A DNA stretch of 64,000 nucleotides from Oliverocinquevirus OLIVR5 (taxonomy: Duplodnaviria; Heunggongvirae; Uroviricota; Caudoviricetes). A model generated the notes under the pieces. That model was not told the origin of the DNA, made no database searches, and worked only from the letters and a program-made list of their open reading frames with translations. This document shows positions 36,296 to 46,129 of this stretch, in pieces. Every line of letters begins with the position of its first letter. Positions within the stretch are counted from its first letter, which is position 1. The position numbers and the translations under genes were made by a program. Location: positions 23,074 through 87,073 of IMG/VR virus record IMGVR_UViG_2974725113_000001; one strand, 5' to 3'.

Positions 36296-37394
36296 TTAAG
36301 CTGTGTGTCTGGAACCGAGTAGAGTTCCCGATCCGGAGTAAACATATGGAGTATTTGACCAGACCGAAAATCCTGCTGCTCCACCATTACCTGGAGATTG
36401 TTCAGGAGGACGACCTCCATCGCCGTTTCCGCCTTCTCCCCAGGCTCCACCTTGACCTCCGCCGCCAGGCTGGCCAAATGAACCACCGTTTCCGCCAGCA
36501 CCACCGTTTCCGCCGCGACCGGAATTAGGCCATCCGTTTGCTTGGCCAGGCATTCCAGGTTGGCCTCCTTGAGGACCTGAAGCTAATCCACCTTGACCCC
36601 ATCCGCCGGCGCCATAGCTTCCTTGCCAATGACCTGGGTCACCACCGCTACCCCATCTGCGGAATACCGCCATCGTTCTCTCGATAGTTGCCGTAATACC
36701 ATCTCCATCCGTCTCGCTCGACTCCTTGACCATTCCAGCCGTTTCGATATTCTCCAAACCACCACCAATAGCTAGGAGAACCGTGGGCAGTTCGAGGGTT
36801 ATTAAATTGATATGCAGGACCTTCATTGATCCGCTCCCAATAATAACCAGAGCCGCCTCTTCCACCTACGCCGCCTGCGCCACCGCCGCCACCGCCGCCA
36901 GCGATAGTGCCATTGTTGACAACTTCAACATTTGAGCGAAAAATAGAAATTCCTGCACCGCCTTGCTTTCCATCTTTCTCGGCCTGGTTTCCAGAACCCC
37001 ATCCATATTGGCCTCCGTGGCCATAAACCGATGCTCCAGGTTCTACAATTACTGTGACTTTTCCTGTTCCGACGTTATTCGCGATATTGATCGCAGGTCT
37101 ACCTAAAGTATCACTATAAGCTAGAGCGCCTGTCTTGATTTCCAATCGAATGTCGAGATTCGATGCGGCTTCGGCTTCTGTTAGAAGATCACGAAGATCG
37201 GTTGCAGATTTATTGCCTGTGATAGTTTTTAAAATCCCTCCATTCAAACCGTAGAAGTCTGAGAATTTTATCGCACCACTTGTAGGGAGAGCAGGATTAG
37301 CTCCGTAAAACGACGAAAGGGAGACCGGTGAAGGTCTCCTGAATTCGGCAGCAATTTGAGTGGCGCTAAGAGGACCGCTTGTCGGCAGAACCAT
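36296..37394 (-). pseudogene. gp38-like adhesin copy A, split by a frameshift (36648..37394 plus C-terminal frame of 36296..36865)
   Basis: N-terminal and C-terminal halves each align with copy B but lie in different frames; junction ...GAG AAC GAT GGC GGT ATT CCG CAG ATG GGG TAG. Confidence 0.75.
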
Positions 37395-39178
37395 TATTCA
37401 ATTCCTTTGAGTTTCTTGATCTCTTCTCGAAGCAATCTATTCTCATATTCCATCGTAGATTTGAGTTCCTTAATGGCCTCGATGAAGTAGCCTGCCAACT
37501 GCATATACTTGACAGATTTGATCCCATCGTGATTCGTGTGAACAAGATGAGGATCAATCTTTTCGAGTTCCTGAGCGATAACACCTCGACCTGGAGAACC
37601 ATGCATATTGTATTTGACGCCACGCATAGCAGAGACGCAAGAGAGACCATCCTTAATAGTTTCTACATCTGATTTTAGAGATGCGTCTGACAGACCGCTG
37701 ATGTCGTTAGGAGTGGTAATCGTTCCTGCTACATCTAGGTTGCCATCGATTTTCCAACCAGACGTTCCGTTTCCGATCTTGAGTTCGACTGGACCGTTAG
37801 CGTCTTGTTCACCGATAGACCATTTCAATTGACCTGCTGGATTATAGCCGACAATCATGCCGGTCTTTGTTCCAGAAGGCTGAATAGCAATACCGCCTGA
37901 AGCAGCGTCAGGTTTTATCGTAACAGTGCCAGTCAGAATTCCACCTGTAGTAGTCAGATAGTCACCAGCAAAAGCGATATTCTTCCATGTGCCGCCAGAG
38001 AGGACCTGTAGAGGATTGTTGGCATCATTCTGAATGCGAACTCGGTAGGTGCCTACGAAACCAAAGTTGAACATGCCTGTGCCTCGGTTATCGAAGACCG
38101 CATGACCGTTATCGCCTGACATTCTCTGGATACGGAAATCGTAGTCTCGAGTGGCATTCGGCGTAGAGAAGAAGTTGAACGACTGGTTTCGGCTCGTGCC
38201 TACACCTCTACCGAAGTTCACGGTCGAGACAAGTTCCAGGTTTTCTTGCTTGTCAGAGTAGCCGATGTTGTCATAGAGCTCATTGATCGCATTGACAATA
38301 GACGATTTTTCTGCAGTCTTCAAACCGCTGAGAGAACCGATTCCTACTACGACTTCGTTGATCGCGTTGACGAGAGTGTTCTTGTTCTGAGTCTGAAGGT
38401 TGTTGAGATTACCAGTTCTGGCGATTTCGGCAACTTGGCCACGAGGAACAGCATCAGTTTCTAAGACCGAAAGACCAAGGTTCCGGAGCTTTCGACCATT
38501 GAAATTGATGTCAGCAGAAGGAGAATTCGTTCCGTCGAGCTTCAAGAAACCATCGGCACGAACTTTCAGCTCATTGATAGCTTCGACAAGGCTATTTTTC
38601 CTGGTCGTGATCAAAGCAGACATGTCACCGATAGCAGCATGGTTCTTGTTGACCGCAGAGATGAGGTTGTCATCGCCGGTTGCAAGGTTACCAATGAAGC
38701 CTACCGAACGATACACATCGTTGATAGCGCCCACGAGGGTAAATCGATCCTGGGTCATCAGAATAGACATGTCGCCGATCGAAGTCGATGCGGAAGCGAT
38801 AGAGTTAATGGCAGAAACGAGAGATAATTTAGACGGAGTCTGAAGAGCATTCAGGTTACCGATCTCATTGTCGTGCTCGTTGATAGCTGCGACTAGGTTA
38901 TTCTTCGAAGTCGTCGTAAGATCGAGGAGGTTTCCTGTGATTTTCTCGAGAAGGAAGCCATTCAAGAACTCATCATAAACAGAATTGAGGGCTGCTACGA
39001 GACTCGTCTTGTCACTGGTTTCTAACTGACCGACATCACCGATGGCGACTTCGTTCGAGTTAGCCAGAATAGACACATCTCGGATACGACCGAAAGCGGT
39101 GTTTGCGCTGTCGATAGCCTCAGGAACAGTGGTCGTGCCAGGAATTACGGGAGGAATAGGAGTTGTATCGACGGACAT
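37394..39178 (-). CDS. tail fibre protein with N-terminal repeats and C-terminal peptidase S74 chaperone
   Basis: About 8 repeats IG.L..L.T..K..LV.AINE; SDASLKSD...GVIAQE.E...P.LV......SV.Y..L....IEAIKEL. Confidence 0.8.
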   Translation of the reverse strand: MSVDTTPIPPVIPGTTTVPEAIDSANTAFGRIRDVSILANSNEVAIGDVGQLETSDKTSLVAALNSVYDEFLNGFLLEKITGNLLDLTTTSKNNLVAAINEHDNEIGNLNALQTPSKLSLVSAINSIASASTSIGDMSILMTQDRFTLVGAINDVYRSVGFIGNLATGDDNLISAVNKNHAAIGDMSALITTRKNSLVEAINELKVRADGFLKLDGTNSPSADINFNGRKLRNLGLSVLETDAVPRGQVAEIARTGNLNNLQTQNKNTLVNAINEVVVGIGSLSGLKTAEKSSIVNAINELYDNIGYSDKQENLELVSTVNFGRGVGTSRNQSFNFFSTPNATRDYDFRIQRMSGDNGHAVFDNRGTGMFNFGFVGTYRVRIQNDANNPLQVLSGGTWKNIAFAGDYLTTTGGILTGTVTIKPDAASGGIAIQPSGTKTGMIVGYNPAGQLKWSIGEQDANGPVELKIGNGTSGWKIDGNLDVAGTITTPNDISGLSDASLKSDVETIKDGLSCVSAMRGVKYNMHGSPGRGVIAQELEKIDPHLVHTNHDGIKSVKYMQLAGYFIEAIKELKSTMEYENRLLREEIKKLKGIE

Positions 39179-39396
39179 TATGCAGCACCTCTTAACATCA
39201 AGATGATGGACTCCAACTCCTCGATTTTCTCCTCGAGAGCCGTGATCCGTTCATCGGTTCTTTTTAGTCTTTCCGACTCTAATTTTTTGGCCTTCCGTTG
39301 TTGGAAAGCATCAAGATCCGTCCGGATAATCGCTCCGGACGTGACATCTCTTGCCAGAGTAGAGTCTTCTCTAACTCTGTGTAATTCTCTTTGCAT
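39178..39396 (-). CDS. small coiled-coil structural-cluster protein
   Basis: LARD..SGAII.TD motif typical downstream of the large virion protein in T4-like phages. Confidence 0.7.
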   Translation of the reverse strand: MQRELHRVREDSTLARDVTSGAIIRTDLDAFQQRKAKKLESERLKRTDERITALEEKIEELESIILMLRGAA

Positions 39397-39404
39397 CTTT
39401 CACC

Positions 39405-42400
39405 TCAGAGCGAAGTCACCATGCGGAAGCCTTTGAACTTCGGGACTACTGAAGTATTTTGCGAAAGAGGAACGATCTTGACCTGGACAGAGTTGACGTT
39501 CGTGTAGAGTGCGTTGTTCTCTCCACGATAGGACATATCAACCTCGTACCTGGTCTCGATGAATTCGTCACGAACAGAAGTCTTCTTATTGTTATTCGTG
39601 ATCTCGATCCAGTTTTTAGTCAGGATCGACTGTTCATCGGATTCGTTCTTGGCACGGTAGTAAACCTTCACATCAGTTCCAGCCGGAGAGCTGATATCGA
39701 GATAAACGTTGGCCTGGTCAGCATCGAAACCTTCGCCGAGAGTGACGACCTTCGAAATGTACCTTGCTTCTGCGTTACCTCCGTTAGGATCGGTTTCGAA
39801 GCCTTTGAATACGACATTCGCACCGGTACCAAGACCGGAAACAGAAATCGTAGGCTCAGAAGTAAATCCGATGCCTTGGTTCACAACATCCACGTCGATG
39901 AGCCTGCCATCTTCAATAATCGGTCGAACGATTGCACCAGAACCACCTCCACCAGTTACGGTAATCGTGGTCGAGTCTTCTCCGTATCCGGTACCAGCAT
40001 CGATGATCGTGAAGTTCCTTCGGACGAGACCGAAATAGTTCACTACGTTCTTGATCGTCACCGCGAACGATCTGCTGATATCGAAGAACGGAGAAACGTA
40101 CTTGTCAAACGATTTGGCCTTGACTGCGACAGATGCATCGCGAAGGTTCTTTCGTACGATCCTTTCAGAAGAGAGGTCCGTATTAACACGTGCGCCAATC
40201 TTAGCAACGACGTCATTCGAATTCGTCGAGTCTCGAGTCGTGAGTTCGTACGACACGTTCGTTCCTTCGAAGACGAGAGCCTGCGGCCGGAAGTTGATCG
40301 TGTTGTACCTGAAGTCTTCGTCGAGGACGGTGTTCTTCAGGCTGAAGCTCATTTCTCGATTGGTCTCAAAGTTACAAACTCCGAGTTCGAACATGACGGT
40401 ATCGTTCTGGTATGCCGTCCAGGTCTGCGAGTTCTGCGAACGGAAAGACGAACCAAGCATAGGTTGGTTGTAAATCCGTGTCTCCGTACCGATAATGTTC
40501 TGACCCATTTCCGAAACGTAGATTTCGTAATCCGGATGGTTCGCCAATGCTACAAAGCAATAGGAGAAACCAGGAGCCAGATAGATCGGAACATCATATT
40601 CAACAGTGGTTCGAGCTGCGCGGATCGAGTCCATGTTGTCGATGTTAGAAGGAATGTTCACTCGTTCATGAGGAATGTTCACTTCCGAGAACGGAATAAT
40701 ATCTGTCGAAGACGGATATCCGTTCACCATTGGACGGAGCTGAAGGATGAGCGGGAAGCTCGTATCTTCAGGCTTACGCTTAGCGAAGACAGTCAAGTCT
40801 CGAACGAATACGCCGTTCGGGAAAGCGTTTTCCGATATGAAGAACTGCTGAGCCAATGGGTCATTATTATTCGAAACCACGATCGAAGTCGTCTGATCGG
40901 TGATTCGCTGGGTTTCAGAAACCACAGTCGTCACGACCTGAGGAACAGCCGTAGTCACCATCGTCTCTTGCTGAGTCAGAGTCATGCCCTGTGCAGCAAA
41001 GATGAACGATGCTTCAGTCGTGGCGTTTGCCGCAACGTTGTTCGGTTCATCAGAGAAGGTGAACACTCGTTCGCCAGTACGGAATCGACCGGCAGGAATG
41101 TTGATTTTGCCTTTACCTACGCCGGTAGCATCGATACGGACAGAACCAACCGATACGACAGGAACTGCCGAAGTCACGAGCTCATCGATCCGTTCGGAGT
41201 CAATGAAGACGTAGATATCGGTAGACGGACGCATACCTTCAAGAGTGAAATCGATCTCGATCGCTCTCATGAAGTAAGACACCGAAGCATCAATCAGATA
41301 AGAGCCGAGAGACTCCATATTCGAAGTGAACGAAAGCTCGCGTTCTGCACCTGATCTTTGCTGATCCGTAATATTCGTAGTCGTCGTAGTCGTGACGTTG
41401 CCAGAAGTTACAGAAGTCGGTCGTCCAGTCGTGCCGGTCCAGGTCGTTTCCCAATCATTCCACTCGGTGCCGAGACCGATCGTGGTGCCAACCTTACCGC
41501 CAGTCAAATCGACGTTACGGACAGGAGCCGTGGTGGTGTCCTTCCAATAATCCGAGTTAGGATTAAAGAATGGAGTTCCCATTCTCTTCGTCACGAGGTA
41601 CGGGTTGACAGACACGCCTTTCGAAGCGATGACGTTTTCCGCAATGATCTCGCGAGTGTAAGGCATCATTACAAAGTGGCCGATCTTGTCGTTACCGACT
41701 CGGATGAAGCCATTGTAATCGAAGCCTTCGAAGCCAAATGCACCTTCCATGAACGTAGGACGAGCGAGACGGTTTTCCTTGTCCACAGCAATACGATAGT
41801 CCGAAGACGCGGTATCACCAAGACCATGACCGGTGAAGTCATCAACCAGGAAGCCGGTCTTGAATCGCGAGTTACCGCTCTCATCGACGATGTTTTCCTG
41901 CTTGGCCTTCGACTCGAGGAGAGACAAGGAAGTCTCGTATTCGAGGCGTTCGACCTGACGCTTGATGATCCCGATGTCACGCATCGTGTATCGAATGTTC
42001 TGGTCACGACGAACGTTTACGTCCAGAGCATAGTTCGCGGTGAATGCGTTCACTTCAACTTTGAAGATCGTCATCTCTTCATCAGAAGGAGTCGGGTACT
42101 TCGGGTTCAGGTGAGGAATACCGGAAACGATCCGCATATTTCCACGCTTCGTAATGGTCACAAGGTCACGACGAGGCAGGTAATAATCGAAGTCGAAAGT
42201 CAGGTTGTTGTCAGGAGTCGGAACGAGAGAGTTCTCGAAACCTGAAGCAGTCCGGACATAACGGAAGTCGAGAGCGTTCCGAAGACTGATCGTGCGGCTC
42301 GTGTCGATGAACGTGTAGTCAGGGATATCGTTGTACGGAATTGACGTATACGAGTCCACCGAGAAGTAACCTTCGCCGACGTGATCGAAATACTCTACTT

Positions 42401-44522
42401 CGATCGATACCGCATCAGGAACAGTCACACCATTCCGAAGGGTCAGAGAAGCGAAGTCGTACATATCATCGCGCTGACCGTTATCGAAAATGAAGCTAGA
42501 CGTGATGTCTACGCCGTTCGTATTTGTAACCTTGACCTTATAAGCATCCACAACGTCGAACTGGTAACGGCTGAGAGCCGAGGAGAACGTCGTCGAGTAG
42601 TTCTTCAGCGCCTTGATTTTCTTCTTCACTGCCGGCTTTACGTTGACCGAAGCCTTCATAGTAATAGTCGAAGATGCAGCGAGGCCGAACGTGATCGTCT
42701 TGCCGTTGGCAGCAATTTGTGCCGAGGTCGGTTCGATGATGTCCTTGTTGGAGTCCACGAGAATGTAGTTCTGGTAGAACGAATTCGTTCCGTGGAAATC
42801 AACTTGACGAGGACCAACGAAAGTCGAATCGCCTGTGAGAGCGAAGGTGACCTGATCGGCAGACGAAGCCTGGGTCATAACTTCCGTCGTTGCATAGACG
42901 AGAGTTGACTGGTTATTCGGCTGAAGAGTTGCAACCTGATGGTCGACGATTGGCATGATGAGTGCACGGTTGTTCGACGCACGAAGATTGAATTGACCAA
43001 CTACAGTCGCTTCTGCACCTGCGGTAGGACCAGTCGTAGTCGTGATCTTCGTGATCAAAGCAACGTCTTTACCTGCATCGATCTTGATGTCGAAGAGATA
43101 GACGTTGTAACGGTTCGTGCCAGAGTTCATGAGAGCATGAACGCGAGCTACACCGATCTGACCATTTGACGCATCACGGAGAATTACGTTCGCCTTGTTC
43201 TGAATGTCGAACATACCCTTGAGGTTCTCGACTAGAACGAATCGGCCGTATGTCATCGTGAGGACAGCATTGTTCTGACGTTCGGTCGTACGAGCCTTTG
43301 CGATTTCCAGGTTGGTCGTTCCAGGGAAACGGACCTGATAACCCTTGACGTAAGCGCGACCAGGAGACATCTGGATGCCGAAGTAGTTCGTACGGTAAAT
43401 CTTCTTGTTCCGCTCGATCTCACCGACTTCAGACTTCAAGTCGAAGGTGAACTTCGTGTCGGAGAGGATTTCGCGAACAGAGTAGGAGCCTGCGTATGCG
43501 GAAGGCTGTTCGATGACGAACGTATCTTCGACATTATACCCGTGAGGGATAGCGGTCTGAATCTGGGCCACGAGAACCGACGTGATAGACGGTTCGATCT
43601 TCTCAACAGGGACCTTGATGTTTTCGACCAGGTCACCCTTGAAGTAACGAACCACGAAGTCGCCATGAGCATCGTCTGTACGCGTAGCGAGGATATCGCC
43701 AAGTTCGTTCAGGTCAGCAGTCTCGACCATATTCTTGATCTGACCTTCCTGGAGTTCAGAAAGAGATACAAAATTAGAAGGACGAGCTTCGCTGTACGTG
43801 TATGCCGTGAAGACAGGATCGTACATTTCACGGTGAGCGCCGGGAGCGTTGTAGTTCGGATATCCGCGAGCCGGGTCGTAGAGATTCGGGTCCTCAGCCT
43901 CGGTAATCACGAGACGGTCGAAACGAAGACCGACATGACCAGAATAGGTAATGTCAAACTTCGAATAGACGAGGAGCTGTTCGTCGACCTGGATGAACTT
44001 CTTGTCGAAGTAGAAGAGGCCTGGCAGCAAACGAGCGAACTGACACTGACGGACAGGACGTTCGAAAACTCTGATGTTTGCCATGAGTGAAGTGTTGTCC
44101 ACACGGACAGAGAAGCCACCGTCGAACTTTACATCGACGGAGTCATCAATGTAGTGGAAACACGCCGGATCAGAATCAGTCTCAGGAGAAGCAGCGAAAA
44201 CAGAGCCCGTAGCACCGGTCGGATTGCCGTCTTCGTCAAGCTCGACGATCGTCTTTCCGATGAACGATTCGAGATGGACCGGTTCGCCATTGAAAGTCGA
44301 CTCGACCATGAGGGTCTTACCAGTCATGTGCTTGATAGCGCCGCCGACGACCTTCGATCCATCGTTAAAGAGATGGTCGCCGATAGCAGAAACCTGACGC
44401 TGGAGAGAACCCTGGACAGCATTCAGTTCACGAGACTGAGGAGCGAAGCCAGGACGGAAAAGGACTCGAGTTACTCTCGAATCGGAATCGTCAAGGTATC
44501 GGTCAGTGTATGGTACAGCCAT
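39405..44522 (-). CDS. large virion structural protein (DUF4815/VrlC-like)
   Basis: RVLFRPG...Q.RELN..Q..LQ.Q....GDHLF.DGS.V; SPGRAYVKGY; RFKTGFLVDDF.GH; DPLAQ.F; GS.F.SQN..TW. Confidence 0.85.
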   Translation of the reverse strand: MAVPYTDRYLDDSDSRVTRVLFRPGFAPQSRELNAVQGSLQRQVSAIGDHLFNDGSKVVGGAIKHMTGKTLMVESTFNGEPVHLESFIGKTIVELDEDGNPTGATGSVFAASPETDSDPACFHYIDDSVDVKFDGGFSVRVDNTSLMANIRVFERPVRQCQFARLLPGLFYFDKKFIQVDEQLLVYSKFDITYSGHVGLRFDRLVITEAEDPNLYDPARGYPNYNAPGAHREMYDPVFTAYTYSEARPSNFVSLSELQEGQIKNMVETADLNELGDILATRTDDAHGDFVVRYFKGDLVENIKVPVEKIEPSITSVLVAQIQTAIPHGYNVEDTFVIEQPSAYAGSYSVREILSDTKFTFDLKSEVGEIERNKKIYRTNYFGIQMSPGRAYVKGYQVRFPGTTNLEIAKARTTERQNNAVLTMTYGRFVLVENLKGMFDIQNKANVILRDASNGQIGVARVHALMNSGTNRYNVYLFDIKIDAGKDVALITKITTTTGPTAGAEATVVGQFNLRASNNRALIMPIVDHQVATLQPNNQSTLVYATTEVMTQASSADQVTFALTGDSTFVGPRQVDFHGTNSFYQNYILVDSNKDIIEPTSAQIAANGKTITFGLAASSTITMKASVNVKPAVKKKIKALKNYSTTFSSALSRYQFDVVDAYKVKVTNTNGVDITSSFIFDNGQRDDMYDFASLTLRNGVTVPDAVSIEVEYFDHVGEGYFSVDSYTSIPYNDIPDYTFIDTSRTISLRNALDFRYVRTASGFENSLVPTPDNNLTFDFDYYLPRRDLVTITKRGNMRIVSGIPHLNPKYPTPSDEEMTIFKVEVNAFTANYALDVNVRRDQNIRYTMRDIGIIKRQVERLEYETSLSLLESKAKQENIVDESGNSRFKTGFLVDDFTGHGLGDTASSDYRIAVDKENRLARPTFMEGAFGFEGFDYNGFIRVGNDKIGHFVMMPYTREIIAENVIASKGVSVNPYLVTKRMGTPFFNPNSDYWKDTTTAPVRNVDLTGGKVGTTIGLGTEWNDWETTWTGTTGRPTSVTSGNVTTTTTTNITDQQRSGAERELSFTSNMESLGSYLIDASVSYFMRAIEIDFTLEGMRPSTDIYVFIDSERIDELVTSAVPVVSVGSVRIDATGVGKGKINIPAGRFRTGERVFTFSDEPNNVAANATTEASFIFAAQGMTLTQQETMVTTAVPQVVTTVVSETQRITDQTTSIVVSNNNDPLAQQFFISENAFPNGVFVRDLTVFAKRKPEDTSFPLILQLRPMVNGYPSSTDIIPFSEVNIPHERVNIPSNIDNMDSIRAARTTVEYDVPIYLAPGFSYCFVALANHPDYEIYVSEMGQNIIGTETRIYNQPMLGSSFRSQNSQTWTAYQNDTVMFELGVCNFETNREMSFSLKNTVLDEDFRYNTINFRPQALVFEGTNVSYELTTRDSTNSNDVVAKIGARVNTDLSSERIVRKNLRDASVAVKAKSFDKYVSPFFDISRSFAVTIKNVVNYFGLVRRNFTIIDAGTGYGEDSTTITVTGGGGSGAIVRPIIEDGRLIDVDVVNQGIGFTSEPTISVSGLGTGANVVFKGFETDPNGGNAEARYISKVVTLGEGFDADQANVYLDISSPAGTDVKVYYRAKNESDEQSILTKNWIEITNNNKKTSVRDEFIETRYEVDMSYRGENNALYTNVNSVQVKIVPLSQNTSVVPKFKGFRMVTSL

Positions 44523-44541
44523 TAATTTCTCTCCATTTGAT

Positions 44542-46020
44542 TTAGTATGAGATAGTCACGACAAATCTGTCGAGCTGATCTTTGTTCCTCATGTATTCGC
44601 TTTCGAAATTCTCAGCGAAAATGATGTTGGAATCTGTGACCTTCGATAGGTCGTAGTTGTTTATTTTAGTACTGACTGCTCGCTTAATGCCGGACGTGAT
44701 CATTTCACCTTCGACAAAGCCTTGACCTTGAACTTCTACGAACCAGAGTTTCGTTTCAGTAGCACCTGCACAAATCGCTCGAGTCTTCGAAATGAGACCT
44801 GCGAGCTCGTCGCCAATCTCGAATTCCTGACCGTCAGATTGAATGTCCATCCATGAACGAGTGTCAATGAATTCTTTCGAGAACTCGGTTTTGTAGAGGT
44901 CAAGCTGAGGACGGATCATGCCGATCGATCGCATAGGACCTACATAAAGTTCGCCAGACTCATCTCCATTGAGCTCGAAAACGAAACGGATGTTATGAGC
45001 GAGGAGACCATTCACCGGGTTCGTGTATTTTCCTCGGTTAGGAGAAATGACAGGAGAAAGAAGCGCACCATCGCCGGTCGATCCTTCAGTCGGTTCGATC
45101 CATGCGTCTGCCCACGTATAACCTCTTCCGCCTTTCAGAAGATCAATATTCAGAACCTGGCCACCAGAAAGGAATCGGCCGATCTGAGCTACGGCACCTT
45201 CGCCGTCACCGATGATCCGAACCTTGTCCATATGGTCGTAATTGAAACCTCGATTCTTGATCGAAATCGAGATGACAGAACCAGACGAAACGTTGAACTC
45301 GTCTTCAGGACGGACAGGAAGCCATTCGTCAGAACCGAACTTCTCCATGTCTTCTGAAGAGACTGTGAGGAGATACTGCCACGTATAGCCATCCATGTAC
45401 TTCTGAGGACGGAGTGATTTACCGGACGGACGGATGGTAGAGTTCATGTTCTTGCCGTTGTCCAGGCAGATGTAGACATTGCCTTCAGAGTAGCAGTAGA
45501 ACGGCTTGTCGATAAGGTCCTCGGAAGGATCATACGACACGAAGGACATACCAGATTCCCAGTCGAAACGCTTCACGACGTGACACATCATATTGCCAGT
45601 TACTCGTTTGAGTCCGATAATCTTCGAACGGATTTGTTCAGCAACTTCGGTCTCATTCATGTAGTTTCGATACACAGCCACATAGCCGCCGGATGTATAT
45701 TCAGAGAAGCCAGTAGAGTTCACGTTGATCGTGATGTTTCTATAATCGGACGACACCGCTGTGATCTGGGCTTTAACCCCATCAATCTGGGACATACCTT
45801 CGACGCCATGGATTTCCACATCTGTACCGACCTCGACATTCACAGCCGGATTTGCCAGACGAATTTCGGTTTCTGTTCCTTGAGTAATCTTCAGGATGCC
45901 AAGGTTTTCTTTCCATGGCTGAATTGTCCCGAAGAAGAAGTAGAACGGGTTCCCGGTAAGAGGGCTATTGAGAACAGAGTTCGAAAGGTCGACTTTGCTC
46001 TGATTAATGATTTTCGCCAT
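44542..46020 (-). CDS. 8: baseplate wedge subunit gp8
   Basis: YFFFG...PW, VV.R.DW..G..F..YD, Y...EGNVY.CLDN, P.G......DGY.W.YL. Confidence 0.85.
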   Translation of the reverse strand: MAKIINQSKVDLSNSVLNSPLTGNPFYFFFGTIQPWKENLGILKITQGTETEIRLANPAVNVEVGTDVEIHGVEGMSQIDGVKAQITAVSSDYRNITINVNSTGFSEYTSGGYVAVYRNYMNETEVAEQIRSKIIGLKRVTGNMMCHVVKRFDWESGMSFVSYDPSEDLIDKPFYCYSEGNVYICLDNGKNMNSTIRPSGKSLRPQKYMDGYTWQYLLTVSSEDMEKFGSDEWLPVRPEDEFNVSSGSVISISIKNRGFNYDHMDKVRIIGDGEGAVAQIGRFLSGGQVLNIDLLKGGRGYTWADAWIEPTEGSTGDGALLSPVISPNRGKYTNPVNGLLAHNIRFVFELNGDESGELYVGPMRSIGMIRPQLDLYKTEFSKEFIDTRSWMDIQSDGQEFEIGDELAGLISKTRAICAGATETKLWFVEVQGQGFVEGEMITSGIKRAVSTKINNYDLSKVTDSNIIFAENFESEYMRNKDQLDRFVVTISY

Positions 46021-46067
46021 GGATTTGGGCTCCTTTGAATTTTTGTTATTTTAGGCGAACTTTTCTA

Positions 46068-46096
46068 TTTACATGACAAGGTTTAAGTGCTATAAG
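46068..46096 (+). promoter_or_regulatory. early promoter
   Basis: TTTACA-tgacaaggtttaagtgc-TATAAG. Confidence 0.8.
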
Positions 46097-46129
46097 TCAT
46101 CCAACGTCAAATCAAATGGAGAAATTCCA

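Noticed and set aside
35160-37394. Diversity-generating retroelement or invertase shufflon for the adhesin pair
   Set aside because: No reverse transcriptase or recombinase is in the window. The copies are in direct orientation, and their differences are mostly synonymous third positions rather than adenine-specific.
39459-44525. Long plus-strand ORFs (e.g. 39459..41354, 631 aa) and similar antisense ORFs opposite gp7, gp17 and gp5
   Set aside because: They are exact shadows of motif-bearing genes on the other strand. The sense genes rarely use TTA/CTA/TCA codons, so antisense stops are scarce. They have no RBS or recognisable motifs.
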